32,000 nt of DNA from Haloferax volcanii DS2 (GTDB taxonomy: Archaea; Halobacteriota; Halobacteria; Halobacteriales; Haloferacaceae), in NCBI RefSeq assembly GCF_000025685.1, contig NC_013967.1, positions 2,580,001 through 2,612,000 of the forward strand. The letters are read 5' to 3'. The translations under genes and the position numbers were made by a program. Within the stretch, counting starts at the first letter, position 1, and each line of letters opens with the position of its first letter. The notes beneath the pieces were generated by a model, which saw only the letters and a list, made by a program, of their open reading frames with translations, did not search any database and was not told the DNA's origin. Positions 1 to 7,711 of this stretch are shown one piece after another.

Positions 1-2
1 AG

Positions 3-350
3 GTCAGTTCCCGGATGGTGTTCGTCGCCACGGTCGGCGACGAACTCGCCGGCTGGGTCCACCTCGACCTGCCCGAGGCGGAGAAACTGAGCCACACCGC
101 CGTCCTGACCGTCGGTACGCGCCCGGAGTTCCGCGGCCACGGCATCGGGAGCAAACTCCTCGACCGCGGCGTCGACTGGGCGCGCGAGCGCGGCTTCGAG
201 AAGCTCTACAACAGCGTCCCGGCGACCAACGAGGAGGCAATCGCGTTCCTCGAAGGCCACGGCTGGGAGACCGAAGCCGTCCGCGACGGCCACTACAAGA
301 TAGACGGCGACTACGTCGACGAAGTGATGATGGCCGTCTCGCTCCGGTGA
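3..350 (+). CDS. GNAT-family N-acetyltransferase (5'-partial; frame stays open to the window edge)
   Basis: Acetyl-CoA binding motif R-x-x-G-x-G (EFRGHGIGSKLL). GNAT-like C-terminal beta-strands. Acidic, GC3-rich coding frame. No stop between position 3 and the first ATG at 15. Confidence 0.8.
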   Translation, partial: VSSRMVFVATVGDELAGWVHLDLPEAEKLSHTAVLTVGTRPEFRGHGIGSKLLDRGVDWARERGFEKLYNSVPATNEEAIAFLEGHGWETEAVRDGHYKIDGDYVDEVMMAVSLR

Positions 351-463
351 GCGCGGATTCGCTCCGTCTCCGACCCTGATTTTCTGCGCGTCGTCGCGCT
401 CGCCAGCGACGCGTCGGCTTCGCGGGTCCCGCCCACGACCGGTCGCGCGACCACCCGACCGGC

Positions 464-655
464 TTACGACCAGTCGTCTTCGGCCCCGTCGAGGGGTTCA
501 GCGACGACGCCGTCCTGCTGAACGAGCGCTCTCGCGTGAGCCGTACAGACGTTCCTGTCGGCGTCCCACGGCACGTGGAGCCTGACCGCCGCGACGTTCT
601 CGCAGTCGGGTTCGCTGCACTCGGCCATACGGAGAGCGTCGGCTCCGACGACCAT
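464..655 (-). CDS. Small (63 aa) acidic Cys/His protein, possible zinc-binding microprotein
   Basis: The frame is acidic and protein-like, while the alternative frames are Arg-rich. Pattern C-x4-C ... C-x2-H (CSEPDC ... CTAH). Lies 51 nt downstream of tmcA on the same strand with no TATA-like element between them. The start could instead be the internal Met at 628. Confidence 0.5.
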   Translation of the reverse strand: MVVGADALRMAECSEPDCENVAAVRLHVPWDADRNVCTAHARALVQQDGVVAEPLDGAEDDWS

Positions 656-706
656 CGGTGTGTCGGCGGGCGAGCGACTGAGACGCGGCCGCTCCCCGGG
701 CGGGTC

Positions 707-2971
707 TCACCGGAATCGCTCGCGTTCCTCGCGGGCCGCGTCGGTGCCGTACTCGTCCACGAGCGGTTCGTAGGCGTCGCCGAGCGCGCGCATCGCGCCC
801 GCGGTCGAGTGGAAGTCGAGTTCGTCCGCGACGGCGTCCCACGGATGCGTCTGGAGGACCTTGCGGACCACCAGTCGCTCCTCTCGGGGGGTGAGCGACG
901 CGCGTTCGGGGTTCGTGAGGTGCGCGAGTCCGAGACGGCGGAACGCGCCGGGCGCGGTCGTGTAGAGCCCCGGGCCGTACGACGCGCCGACGACGACGCG
1001 CCACTCGTACTCGGAGAGGTCGGGCGAGAGGAAGCTATCGACGGCGGCGAGGGCGGCCCGCGCCACGTCGGCGTCGAGGTCCGAGAGGGCGTCTCCGAGC
1101 ACGTCGCCGACGCGGCCGAGGAACCAGTTCGCGTGGCGGTCGCGGAGGTCGCGGCCGGCGGACGACAGCGGGCGCGTCATGAGCGCCGAGTACTCGCCGC
1201 TGGTGTCGTTTCTGGTGGTCGAGAGGTGGACCGTGCCGTAGCCGTTGTCGCGCCAAAACGAGAGGAGCTCGGGGGTCGCGCCGAAGCCGACGCCGAGGTA
1301 GTCCGCGTCGTCCGCGAACTCGTCGCGTAGCTCCGTGAGGAGCCGGGAGCCGAGGCCGGACGACCGGACCGCGTGGTGGGTGGCGATGCGCATCACGCGG
1401 TAGCCGACGGGGACGCCCGCGCCCTCGTCGCGGAGTTGGCTCGTGAACACGTCGGGGAGCATGTTCCCGCGGATGCGGCCGCCGTCGTACATCTGCCGGC
1501 GGGTGTCGGGGTCGAGGCCGCCCTCGCGGGCGAGGAGCGCGACCGAGACGACCCGGCCCTCGTGGGTGAGCGCCCGGAGCGTCAGGTTCGGGGCGTCGAG
1601 GAGGCGGGCGAGGTCGTCCGGTTCGGTCCGGTAGTGCGCGAGGACGAGCAGGCCGAACGCCTCGCGGAGCAGGTGTTCGTCAGCCAGTAGGTCGTCGGGC
1701 GAAAGCGCCCGGTAGGAGACGGTCTCAGGCGTCGCGTCCGCGACGAGTTGGTCGACCGGCGGGCGGGCGTCGAGGAGGAGCGCGCGGAACGTCCACGACT
1801 CGACGGGGTCGCCGGCGGCGTAGCGAATCGGGTCGTCGAGGCGCGCGTCGGTCACCTCGCGGTCCGCGTCGTCGAGACGGTCGCGGAAGCGGACGGTGAA
1901 GCCGCGGCCCGCGCCCTCGTAGCCGCGGACGGTCGTACAGAAGGCGACCGCGGGCGCGGCGAGGAACGATTCGAGGAGCCCGACGGGGAGGGCCGCGGCC
2001 TCGTCCACGACGAGCGCGTCGGCGTCGGCCGCCGCGTCGCCGGCCTCTGTCGGCGGGACGTAACGGACCCGCCCGCCGCGGTCGGCCGCGATGTCGAAGT
2101 CGCCCGCGCCGCCGCCGCGGAGCGCGCCGAGTTCGGAAAGAAGTCGCTCGGCGCGGGCGAACACCTCGGCGGCGTTTCGCTCGCCGGGCGCGGTCACGAC
2201 CACGTCTTTGCCCTCGGCGGCGAGGCTCCCCGCGGCGAGGCCCGCCGCGCTCGACTTCCCGCGGCCGCGGTCGGCCTCAACGACGACGGCGGTCCCCGGT
2301 TCCGTCAGGGCTTCGAGCGCGGCGAGCGCCTCGGACTGGTCGGCGGTGAGGCAGTCCTCGTAGGCGCGCCGCGGGGATCGGCGGTCTTTCTCCGTCGGCA
2401 CCCGCGGCGGGGCGGCGTCGAAGCTGATTCCCTGTCGGTACGCGCCGTCGCGTTCGACGGTCCCCGAATCGAGGTCGACGAGCGCGACGCCGGGGTGGTC
2501 CCGGAGCGTCGAGACGAGTCGGCCGCGGAAGCGACCGGTCACGTCCGCGACGGAAAAGGGCGGGACGGCCAGTCGCTCGTCGAACGAGTCGCGACGAGTC
2601 GGCCAGTCGTCGAGCGAGGGGGTGAGCAAAACGAGCAGGCCGCCGCCGTCGACCGCGCCGGCGACGCGGCCGAGCGCGTTCGCCGAGAACTCCTCGTGGG
2701 CGTCGAGGACGACGAGCGTCCGGGTCGTCCCGAGGAGCGACGAGGCGCGCTTCGGCTCGACGCGGTGGAAGCGAAACCCCTCGCGGGCGGTGACGAACGT
2801 CACCTCGTCGTCGGGCACGTCGGCCCCGCGGACCGCGTCGAAGGCGGCGTCGATGCCGGCGTCGCGGTCGCCGGCGAGGACGAGGAGGCGTCGCTGGTTC
2901 GTCGCCAGCGCCTCCTCGCGGCGGGCGGCGGCGAGCGCCTCGACATCGGGGTCGTCGCCGAGTTCGGTCAT
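707..2971 (-). CDS. tmcA: tRNA(Met) cytidine acetyltransferase TmcA / Nat10-type RNA ac4C acetyltransferase
   Basis: 754 aa. Central Walker A motif (DRGRGKSSAAG) in a helicase-like domain, followed by a GNAT-like domain (VMRIATHHAVRSSGLGSRLL) and a C-terminal tRNA-binding-like region. This is the typical TmcA architecture and length. Confidence 0.9.
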   Translation of the reverse strand: MTELGDDPDVEALAAARREEALATNQRRLLVLAGDRDAGIDAAFDAVRGADVPDDEVTFVTAREGFRFHRVEPKRASSLLGTTRTLVVLDAHEEFSANALGRVAGAVDGGGLLVLLTPSLDDWPTRRDSFDERLAVPPFSVADVTGRFRGRLVSTLRDHPGVALVDLDSGTVERDGAYRQGISFDAAPPRVPTEKDRRSPRRAYEDCLTADQSEALAALEALTEPGTAVVVEADRGRGKSSAAGLAAGSLAAEGKDVVVTAPGERNAAEVFARAERLLSELGALRGGGAGDFDIAADRGGRVRYVPPTEAGDAAADADALVVDEAAALPVGLLESFLAAPAVAFCTTVRGYEGAGRGFTVRFRDRLDDADREVTDARLDDPIRYAAGDPVESWTFRALLLDARPPVDQLVADATPETVSYRALSPDDLLADEHLLREAFGLLVLAHYRTEPDDLARLLDAPNLTLRALTHEGRVVSVALLAREGGLDPDTRRQMYDGGRIRGNMLPDVFTSQLRDEGAGVPVGYRVMRIATHHAVRSSGLGSRLLTELRDEFADDADYLGVGFGATPELLSFWRDNGYGTVHLSTTRNDTSGEYSALMTRPLSSAGRDLRDRHANWFLGRVGDVLGDALSDLDADVARAALAAVDSFLSPDLSEYEWRVVVGASYGPGLYTTAPGAFRRLGLAHLTNPERASLTPREERLVVRKVLQTHPWDAVADELDFHSTAGAMRALGDAYEPLVDEYGTDAAREERERFR

Positions 2972-3183
2972 GGGATGGATACGTCGGCGCGGCTATTCAC
3001 CTCCTTCGGTCGGCTGCGAGCGACCTCGTCCGTCGGTCGGTGAAGCGGCGGTTCCAGTCGGGCGTCACGCCCAGCACATGATGGGTCGAGTGACCAACCG
3101 ACACGGATATTTCGACAGTCCCGTCGACGAGAAATCGGGCGATTCGCGGGTCGTGCGGACGCGTCGCACGGCGCTACGATTTT

Positions 3184-3199
3184 GAAAGCGCTTTTATGG
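3184..3199 (+). promoter_or_regulatory. BRE/TATA-like element (GAAAGCGCTTTTATGG) for the rpl7ae operon
   Basis: Purine-rich GAAAG followed by TTTTAT, about 150 nt upstream of the rpl7ae ATG. No TATA-like element sits at -27 from the ATG, and the ATG has an SD (AGGTGA, 3332-3337). Together these imply a leader of about 120 nt. Confidence 0.4.
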
Positions 3200-3229
3200 G
3201 GGCCGGAGCAAAGGATGTTTACAGCCTGT

Positions 3230-3273
3230 CCGGGGTTGATGAACCTCCTCGCCGTAGGGATATCGTTGACCGG
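3230..3273 (+). promoter_or_regulatory. Candidate k-turn / C-box-like hairpin in the rpl7ae 5' leader
   Basis: CCGG(3230-3233)-GGUU-GAUGA(3238-3242) ... UUGA(3266-3269)-CCGG(3270-3273). The flanking CCGG/CCGG stem and tandem GA/GA could form sheared G.A pairs. The register is imperfect: a 4-nt rather than 3-nt bulge and weak distal pairing. Confidence 0.25.
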
Positions 3274-3343
3274 TCGCGACCGACCGACCGGTGTGATACC
3301 GGCGAGGGAGTCGAGCCCGCGAGCAGGATATAGGTGAACAACA

Positions 3344-3706
3344 ATGGCTGTCTACGTAGACTTCGACGTACCGGCCGACCTCGCTGACAGCGCCGTCGAG
3401 GCGCTCGAGGTCGCCCGAGATACTGGTATCGTGAAGAAAGGAACCAACGAAACGACCAAGTCCATCGAGCGGGGCAACGCCCAGCTCGTCCTCATCGCGG
3501 AAGACGTCTCCCCCGAGGAGATCGTCATGCACCTGCCCGAACTCGCCGACGAGAAGGGCATTCCGTTCATCTTCGTCGAGACGCAGGACGACATCGGCCA
3601 CGCCGCCGGCCTCGAAGTCGGCAGTGCCGCGGCCGCCATCGTCGACGCCGGCGACGCGTCCGACGATGTCGAGGACATCGCGACTAAGGTCGAGGACCTT
3701 CGATAA
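3344..3706 (+). CDS. rpl7ae: 50S ribosomal protein L7Ae (k-turn binding protein)
   Basis: 120 aa. Diagnostic L7Ae core ([49 protein letters not shown]). SD AGGTGA 6 nt upstream. Confidence 0.97.
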   Translation: MAVYVDFDVPADLADSAVEALEVARDTGIVKKGTNETTKSIERGNAQLVLIAEDVSPEEIVMHLPELADEKGIPFIFVETQDDIGHAAGLEVGSAAAAIVDAGDASDDVEDIATKVEDLR

Positions 3707-3712
3707 CCGACC

Positions 3713-3937
3713 ATGAGCGCGGACGAACAAGCCAGCGACTCGACGCCTGCCGAAGTCATCGAAGTCGTTGGAAAGACTGGGATGCACGGCGAGGCCATGC
3801 AGGTCAAGTGCCGCATCCGCGAAGGCTCCAACCAGGGCCGTATCATCACGCGAAACGTGCTGGGTCCCGTCCGCGAGGGCGACATCCTCCAGCTCCGCGA
3901 GACTCAGCGTGACGCCGACTCCATCGGAGGGCAGTAA
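3713..3937 (+). CDS. rps28e: 30S ribosomal protein S28e
   Basis: 74 aa. S28e signature ([23 protein letters not shown]...[13 protein letters not shown]). 6-nt gap after rpl7ae. Confidence 0.95.
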   Translation: MSADEQASDSTPAEVIEVVGKTGMHGEAMQVKCRIREGSNQGRIITRNVLGPVREGDILQLRETQRDADSIGGQ

Positions 3938-3939
3938 CA

Positions 3940-4140
3940 ATGGTCGAAAAGCGCACGTGCGACTACAGCGGTGAGGAAATCGAGCCCGGCACGGGCACGA
4001 TGTACGTCAAGACCGACGGCACCGTCCTCCACTTCAAGGACTCGAAGGCCGAGAAGAACTACTTCCTCGGCCGCGAGGCCCGCGACCTCGAGTGGACGGA
4101 GGCCGGCCGCCGCGCGAGCGGCAAGGCGGAGGACAACTAG
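3940..4140 (+). CDS. rpl24e: 50S ribosomal protein L24e
   Basis: 66 aa. L24e N-terminal motif (RTCDYSGEEIEPGTGTMYVKTDGTVLHF). 2-nt gap after rps28e. Confidence 0.95.
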   Translation: MVEKRTCDYSGEEIEPGTGTMYVKTDGTVLHFKDSKAEKNYFLGREARDLEWTEAGRRASGKAEDN

Positions 4141-4605
4141 ATGTCCGACGCAGAGCGCACCTTCGTGATGGTCAAGCCCGACGGCGTCCAGCGCGGCCTC
4201 ATCGGAGACATCGTCTCCCGCTTCGAGGACCGCGGTCTCAAGATGGTCGCCGGCAAGTTCATGCAAATCGACGAGGAACTCGCCCACGACCACTACGGCG
4301 AGCACGAGGGCAAGCCCTTCTTCGAGGGTCTCGTCGACTTCATCACGTCCGGTCCCGTCTTCGCGATGGTCTGGGAAGGGCAGGACGCGACGCGACAGGT
4401 CCGCCGCATGATGGGCGAGACGGACCCCGCAGAGTCCGCCCCCGGCACCATCCGCGGCGACTACGGTCTCGACCTCGGCCGGAACGTCATCCACGGCTCC
4501 GACCACGAGGACGAGGGCGCGAACGAGCGCGAAATCGCGCTCTTCTTCGACGAGGACGAACTCGTCGACTACGAGCGCGTCGACGAGACCTGGCTCTACG
4601 AGTAA
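4141..4605 (+). CDS. ndk: Nucleoside diphosphate kinase
   Basis: 154 aa. [16 protein letters not shown] and the NVIHGSD active-site His motif. The ATG directly abuts the rpl24e stop codon. Confidence 0.97.
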   Translation: MSDAERTFVMVKPDGVQRGLIGDIVSRFEDRGLKMVAGKFMQIDEELAHDHYGEHEGKPFFEGLVDFITSGPVFAMVWEGQDATRQVRRMMGETDPAESAPGTIRGDYGLDLGRNVIHGSDHEDEGANEREIALFFDEDELVDYERVDETWLYE

Positions 4606-4710
4606 GTCTCGTCTCGCGGTTCTCACGCTTTCTTCCGAGAGGAGCGACGGCCACGTCTCCCCTCTCGTCCGCGCTCCAGCCGTCGGACATCGCGTCGTCT
4701 GCGACGGGGT

Positions 4711-4935
4711 GTGCGGGATACTACCACCAGCCACGCGAGGCCGGACGAGGCCGACCCTCACCGCGGCCTGACCGTCCACCGCGCGGCGAACAACGGTTTT
4801 CTCGCCTCCCGGCGAACCGCGTGTCACACGGTCGAGATGGAACCCGTGGCCCTCGCGCTCGCGGCGGTGTTCGCCGTCCGCTGGGGCGCGACCGAACGCG
4901 GTGAAGGCCCGCGGCTCTGGGGTCGCGGGTCGTGA
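4711..4935 (+). CDS. Hypothetical small protein (GTG start; possibly only the 32-codon ATG core 4837..4935)
   Basis: Only ORF in the 370-nt ndk/metE gap. By my hand count GC3 is roughly 85% versus GC2 roughly 60%, i.e. codon-like periodicity. It contains a hydrophobic stretch (EPVALALAAVFAV). The product is basic, has no recognisable family, and there is no clear promoter. Confidence 0.2.
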   Translation: MRDTTTSHARPDEADPHRGLTVHRAANNGFLASRRTACHTVEMEPVALALAAVFAVRWGATERGEGPRLWGRGS

Positions 4936-4941
4936 CGGACG

Positions 4942-4946
4942 AAAAA
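4942..4946 (-). terminator. T5 run downstream of metE (minus strand)
   Basis: The minus strand reads TTCTTTTTC about 29 nt after the metE stop. Oligo-T tracts are the usual haloarchaeal termination signal. Confidence 0.4.
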
Positions 4947-4974
4947 GAACGAACGCGAACGCGGCGGCGGTCGC

Positions 4975-6048
4975 TCAGTCGGCCTGCGGGACGGGCGCGT
5001 CGAGGTCGATTTCGCCGGCGTCGAGTTCGGCTTCGACCTCGCGGGCGGCCTTGACCATGTTCTCCATCTTCTGGTAGGCGACCTCGCGGGGGAGGAGCTT
5101 CACGCCGCAGTCGGGGGAGACGGTGAGCTTCTCCGGCGGGACGACCTTCAGGCCCTGCTTGATGTTCTCCTTAATCTCCTCGACGGTCTCGACTTCGGCG
5201 GTGTGAACGTCCACGACGCCGAGCGCGAGGTCCGGCTCGAACTCGGGGTCGGTGAACACGTCAATCTGCTCGTAGCCGCCGTTGCAGAGCTCCACGTCGA
5301 ACTCGTCGATGGGGTAGTCGTTGAGTTCGGGGTAGATGCGGGAGTAGTCGCCGTAACAGACGTGGAGGCCGATGCGGACCTCGTCGGGGACGCCCGCGAC
5401 GATGCGTTCGAGACACTCGCCGACGATGGCGTGGTCGTCCGGCGTCGTCGCCAGCGCGGGCTCGTCGATTTGGATGTAGGTCGCGCCCGCCTCGACGAGC
5501 TGTTCGATTTCCTCGTTGACGAGGTCGGCCAGCGCGTACGCGAGGTCCGCCTCGGAGTCGTAGTGCTCGTTGAACGACCAGCTCGCCAGCGTGTACGGGC
5601 CCGTGATGGGCACCTTGACGGGCTTGGAGGCCACGTCGCTCGTGAACTCGAACTCGTCGACCAGCCACGGCTCGTCGTACTCGACCTCGCCGACGACGGA
5701 GGGCTTGTCGAAGTAGTTGTGGCCCCACACCTTCACCGGGCCGTTGAACTCGTAGCCGGGGATGCGGTGGGCGAAGTACTCGACCATCTCCTCGCGGCGC
5801 ATCTCGCCGTCGACGACGGTGTCGAGGCCGGAGCGCTCGTGTTCGTTGGTGATGACGCGACAGGCGTCGTCGTGAGCCTCGTGGAGGTGCTCTTGGGTGA
5901 ACTTGGAGTCGGGGTCCTCCGCGAGGTCGTTGGCGCGGTTGAGCCACTTGGGCTTGGGGTAGGAGCCGACGACGGTGGTGAGCAGGAAGTGCTCGGTGTC
6001 GTGAGCTTCGGGGCGGAACTGCTCGCGGTTCTCGGCGTCGCGGCTCAT
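4975..6048 (-). CDS. metE: Cobalamin-independent methionine synthase, catalytic (MetE C-terminal-domain type, 'core MetE')
   Basis: 357 aa from the internal ATG at 6048; the upstream extension to 6195 is Arg-rich junk. Zn-ligand motifs are present: H-V-C (GLHVCYGDY), E (DVELCNGG) and C (SPDCGVKLLP). The ATG overlaps the upstream gene's stop (ATGA at 6045-6048). Confidence 0.9.
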   Translation of the reverse strand: MSRDAENREQFRPEAHDTEHFLLTTVVGSYPKPKWLNRANDLAEDPDSKFTQEHLHEAHDDACRVITNEHERSGLDTVVDGEMRREEMVEYFAHRIPGYEFNGPVKVWGHNYFDKPSVVGEVEYDEPWLVDEFEFTSDVASKPVKVPITGPYTLASWSFNEHYDSEADLAYALADLVNEEIEQLVEAGATYIQIDEPALATTPDDHAIVGECLERIVAGVPDEVRIGLHVCYGDYSRIYPELNDYPIDEFDVELCNGGYEQIDVFTDPEFEPDLALGVVDVHTAEVETVEEIKENIKQGLKVVPPEKLTVSPDCGVKLLPREVAYQKMENMVKAAREVEAELDAGEIDLDAPVPQAD

Positions 6049-7055
6049 GCTTCCACCTCCAGTTCGTCCTCGGTGGCGGCCGCGAGGGCGGCGAGTTTCT
6101 CCGTCGCGCGGTTCTCCGGCAGGTAGAACAGTTCGGTGTTGGAGGTCACGTAGGCGGTGTCGAACGTCTGGCTCTGGACGTTGTCGAGGGTCCACTCGAC
6201 GCGCTCGCGGATCGTCTCGGGGTCTTCGACCAGCGTGTTCTGGCCGTCGACGAGGCCCAGGGCGATGTCGTCTTTCGTGCCGTACTCGTTGACGTTGTAG
6301 AGCGTCTGGTCGCGGTCGCCGGCGACGAAGTCGAAGCCGATGGCGTCCACGTCGGCGTCCATGAGGTGCGCGTAGACCTTCTCGTCGAGCGCACCCCAGT
6401 AGGTGTGGACGACCACGTCGGCGTCGGTCGCGTCGGAGACGGCCGAGATGGCCCCGGGAACGCGCTCGTCGACGTCCTCGCCCGGCGGCGAGAACACGAG
6501 CGAGGGTTCGAGGAGGAACAGCGTCTCGTGGTCGGGGAAGGCGTCGACCTCGCCCGCGAGGAACTCGCTCACGGCGTCGAGGAACTCCGCCTCGTCGCCG
6601 TAGTGCTCGTCGGTCGCGAGGTCCGAAAGCGAGTACGGGCCGGGGAGGACCGCCTGCAGCGACTCGTCGCCGCCGAGGAGGTCGGCGGTGGCGTCGAGTT
6701 CGGCCGCGACGTCGCCGGAGAAGGTGAGTTCGCCGCTGACCTGCGGGTCGCGGTAGAAGTTGTTGTTGTCGTAGTAGCGGACGATGCCGCCGGTCTCGAC
6801 GTTCTCGTGGACCGTCAGCGGGTGCGCGAGCATGTCGTCCCAGCGGAGTTGCCCCTCGACGACGCGGTCGAGGCCGGCGTCGGTCTGTTCGGAGACGACC
6901 TCCTCGCGGGCGCGGTCGTACGCGCCCACGATGTCGCCGCCCTCGTTACCGGAGATGAGGTCGTGTTTCTGGTGGCCCTTGAGGTCCGAAAGCTCCTGTT
7001 TCGCCCAATCCGGGAGGGGATACAGTCCCGGTGTCGTCGAGACGAGTTCAGTCAT
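6045..7055 (-). CDS. MetE-like (N-terminal-domain-like) protein lacking zinc ligands; partner of split methionine synthase
   Basis: 336 aa from the ATG at 7055 (a GTG one codon upstream at 7058 is possible). UROD/MetE-like fold motifs (GLDRVVEGQLRWDDM, VVVHTYWG). HTY replaces HxC and TSNTE replaces PDCG, and the protein contains no cysteine. Confidence 0.85.
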   Translation of the reverse strand: MTELVSTTPGLYPLPDWAKQELSDLKGHQKHDLISGNEGGDIVGAYDRAREEVVSEQTDAGLDRVVEGQLRWDDMLAHPLTVHENVETGGIVRYYDNNNFYRDPQVSGELTFSGDVAAELDATADLLGGDESLQAVLPGPYSLSDLATDEHYGDEAEFLDAVSEFLAGEVDAFPDHETLFLLEPSLVFSPPGEDVDERVPGAISAVSDATDADVVVHTYWGALDEKVYAHLMDADVDAIGFDFVAGDRDQTLYNVNEYGTKDDIALGLVDGQNTLVEDPETIRERVEWTLDNVQSQTFDTAYVTSNTELFYLPENRATEKLAALAAATEDELEVEA

Positions 7056-7080
7056 CACCTCTCGCTAAGAAATGACGGTG

Positions 7081-7090
7081 TATAATATTT
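7081..7090 (-). promoter_or_regulatory. TATA-like AT-rich box (minus strand AAATATTATA) for the metE pair
   Basis: Sharp AT-rich island in a GC-rich genome, centred about 30 nt upstream of the 7055 ATG. Consistent with a leaderless transcript. Confidence 0.45.
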
Positions 7091-7114
7091 CCTGTATCAA
7101 CATATGCGCATTAG

Positions 7115-7711
7115 TTATTCCAACGCGAGCACCGTGAGCGTCTCGTAGGGGTACGACTCCTGAACGACGACCTCGTGGCCGAAGCCGTTCGCCTCGGCGC
7201 GGGCGAGCACCTCGTCGTAGCCGGTGAAGCTACTCACGAGGAGGAACACGGTGCCGCCGGGTTTGAGCACGCGCCCGACGGTGTCGAGGAAGGGGTCGAT
7301 GATTTCGCGGCCGTCTTCGCCGCCGGTGAGCGCGACCTCCATCCAGTCGTCGCGCGCGGCTTCGAGGTCCTCGGGGAGGTACGGCGGGTTGAACGCCACC
7401 GCATCGAAGGCGTCGTCGCGGAACGGCTCGACGAGGCTCCCGCGGACGACCTCGAACCCGCGGTGGCCGTCGGCTCGGAGGGCGGCGGCGCGCTCGGCCG
7501 CCTGCCGGCAAGCGTGGGGGTTGAGGTCGCTCGCGACCACGTCGGCGTCGGTTTTCGTCGCGAGTTGTTCTGCGACCCAGCCCGAGCCGGTCCCGACTTC
7601 GAGGACGCGCCCCGAGACGCGTCCGACCGCGGCCTGCGCGAGCAGGCCCGAGTCCTCCGCCGGCTGGTAGACCGAGGTGTTCATCCCGCGGCGCTCGGCG
7701 AGGTCGGTCAT
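7115..7711 (-). CDS. HemK/Mtq2-type SAM-dependent methyltransferase (putative protein-glutamine N5 methyltransferase)
   Basis: 198 aa from the ATG at 7711; the longer ORF to 7921 is an Arg-rich extension. SAM-binding motif VLEVGTGSGW and catalytic NPPY (AFNPPYLP). The ATG overlaps the mscS stop (ATGA at 7708-7711). Confidence 0.85.
   Translation of the reverse strand: MTDLAERRGMNTSVYQPAEDSGLLAQAAVGRVSGRVLEVGTGSGWVAEQLATKTDADVVASDLNPHACRQAAERAAALRADGHRGFEVVRGSLVEPFRDDAFDAVAFNPPYLPEDLEAARDDWMEVALTGGEDGREIIDPFLDTVGRVLKPGGTVFLLVSSFTGYDEVLARAEANGFGHEVVVQESYPYETLTVLALE

Noticed and set aside
2972-3183. Searched the large non-coding stretches (2972-3343, 4606-4974, 14652-14859, 16905-17209) for tRNA, rRNA, RNase P or SRP-like genes.
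   Set aside because: By eye there is no cloverleaf-compatible sequence (no GTTCRAATC T-loop with matching acceptor stems) and no rRNA-like conserved block. A tRNAscan or Infernal run would be needed to be definitive.
3237-3314. Possible box C/D sRNA: C box UGAUGA at 3237-3242 and a C'-like GUGAUA at 3293-3298.
   Set aside because: There is no CUGA D or D' box at the required ~12-nt guide spacing; only UUGA at 3266 and UCGA at 3311 are present. The element is better explained as a single k-turn-like hairpin in the rpl7ae leader, and even that is tentative.
6049-6195. Upstream extensions of the tracked ORFs for metE (to 6195), the HemK-like methyltransferase (to 7921), the M42 peptidase (to 19011), ef1b (to 13252) and the Zn-finger gene (to 13500).
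   Set aside because: The extensions are Arg-rich and overlap the 3' ends of upstream genes. Internal ATGs coincide with canonical family N-termini and with ATGA overlaps or TATA boxes at -27.
7053-7068. Perfect SD-like GAGGTGA immediately abutting the ATG of the MetE-like gene.
   Set aside because: There is zero spacing between the SD-like motif and the start codon, which is incompatible with SD function. The TATA box at -30 indicates a leaderless mRNA, so the match is probably fortuitous, or the GTG within it is an alternative start.
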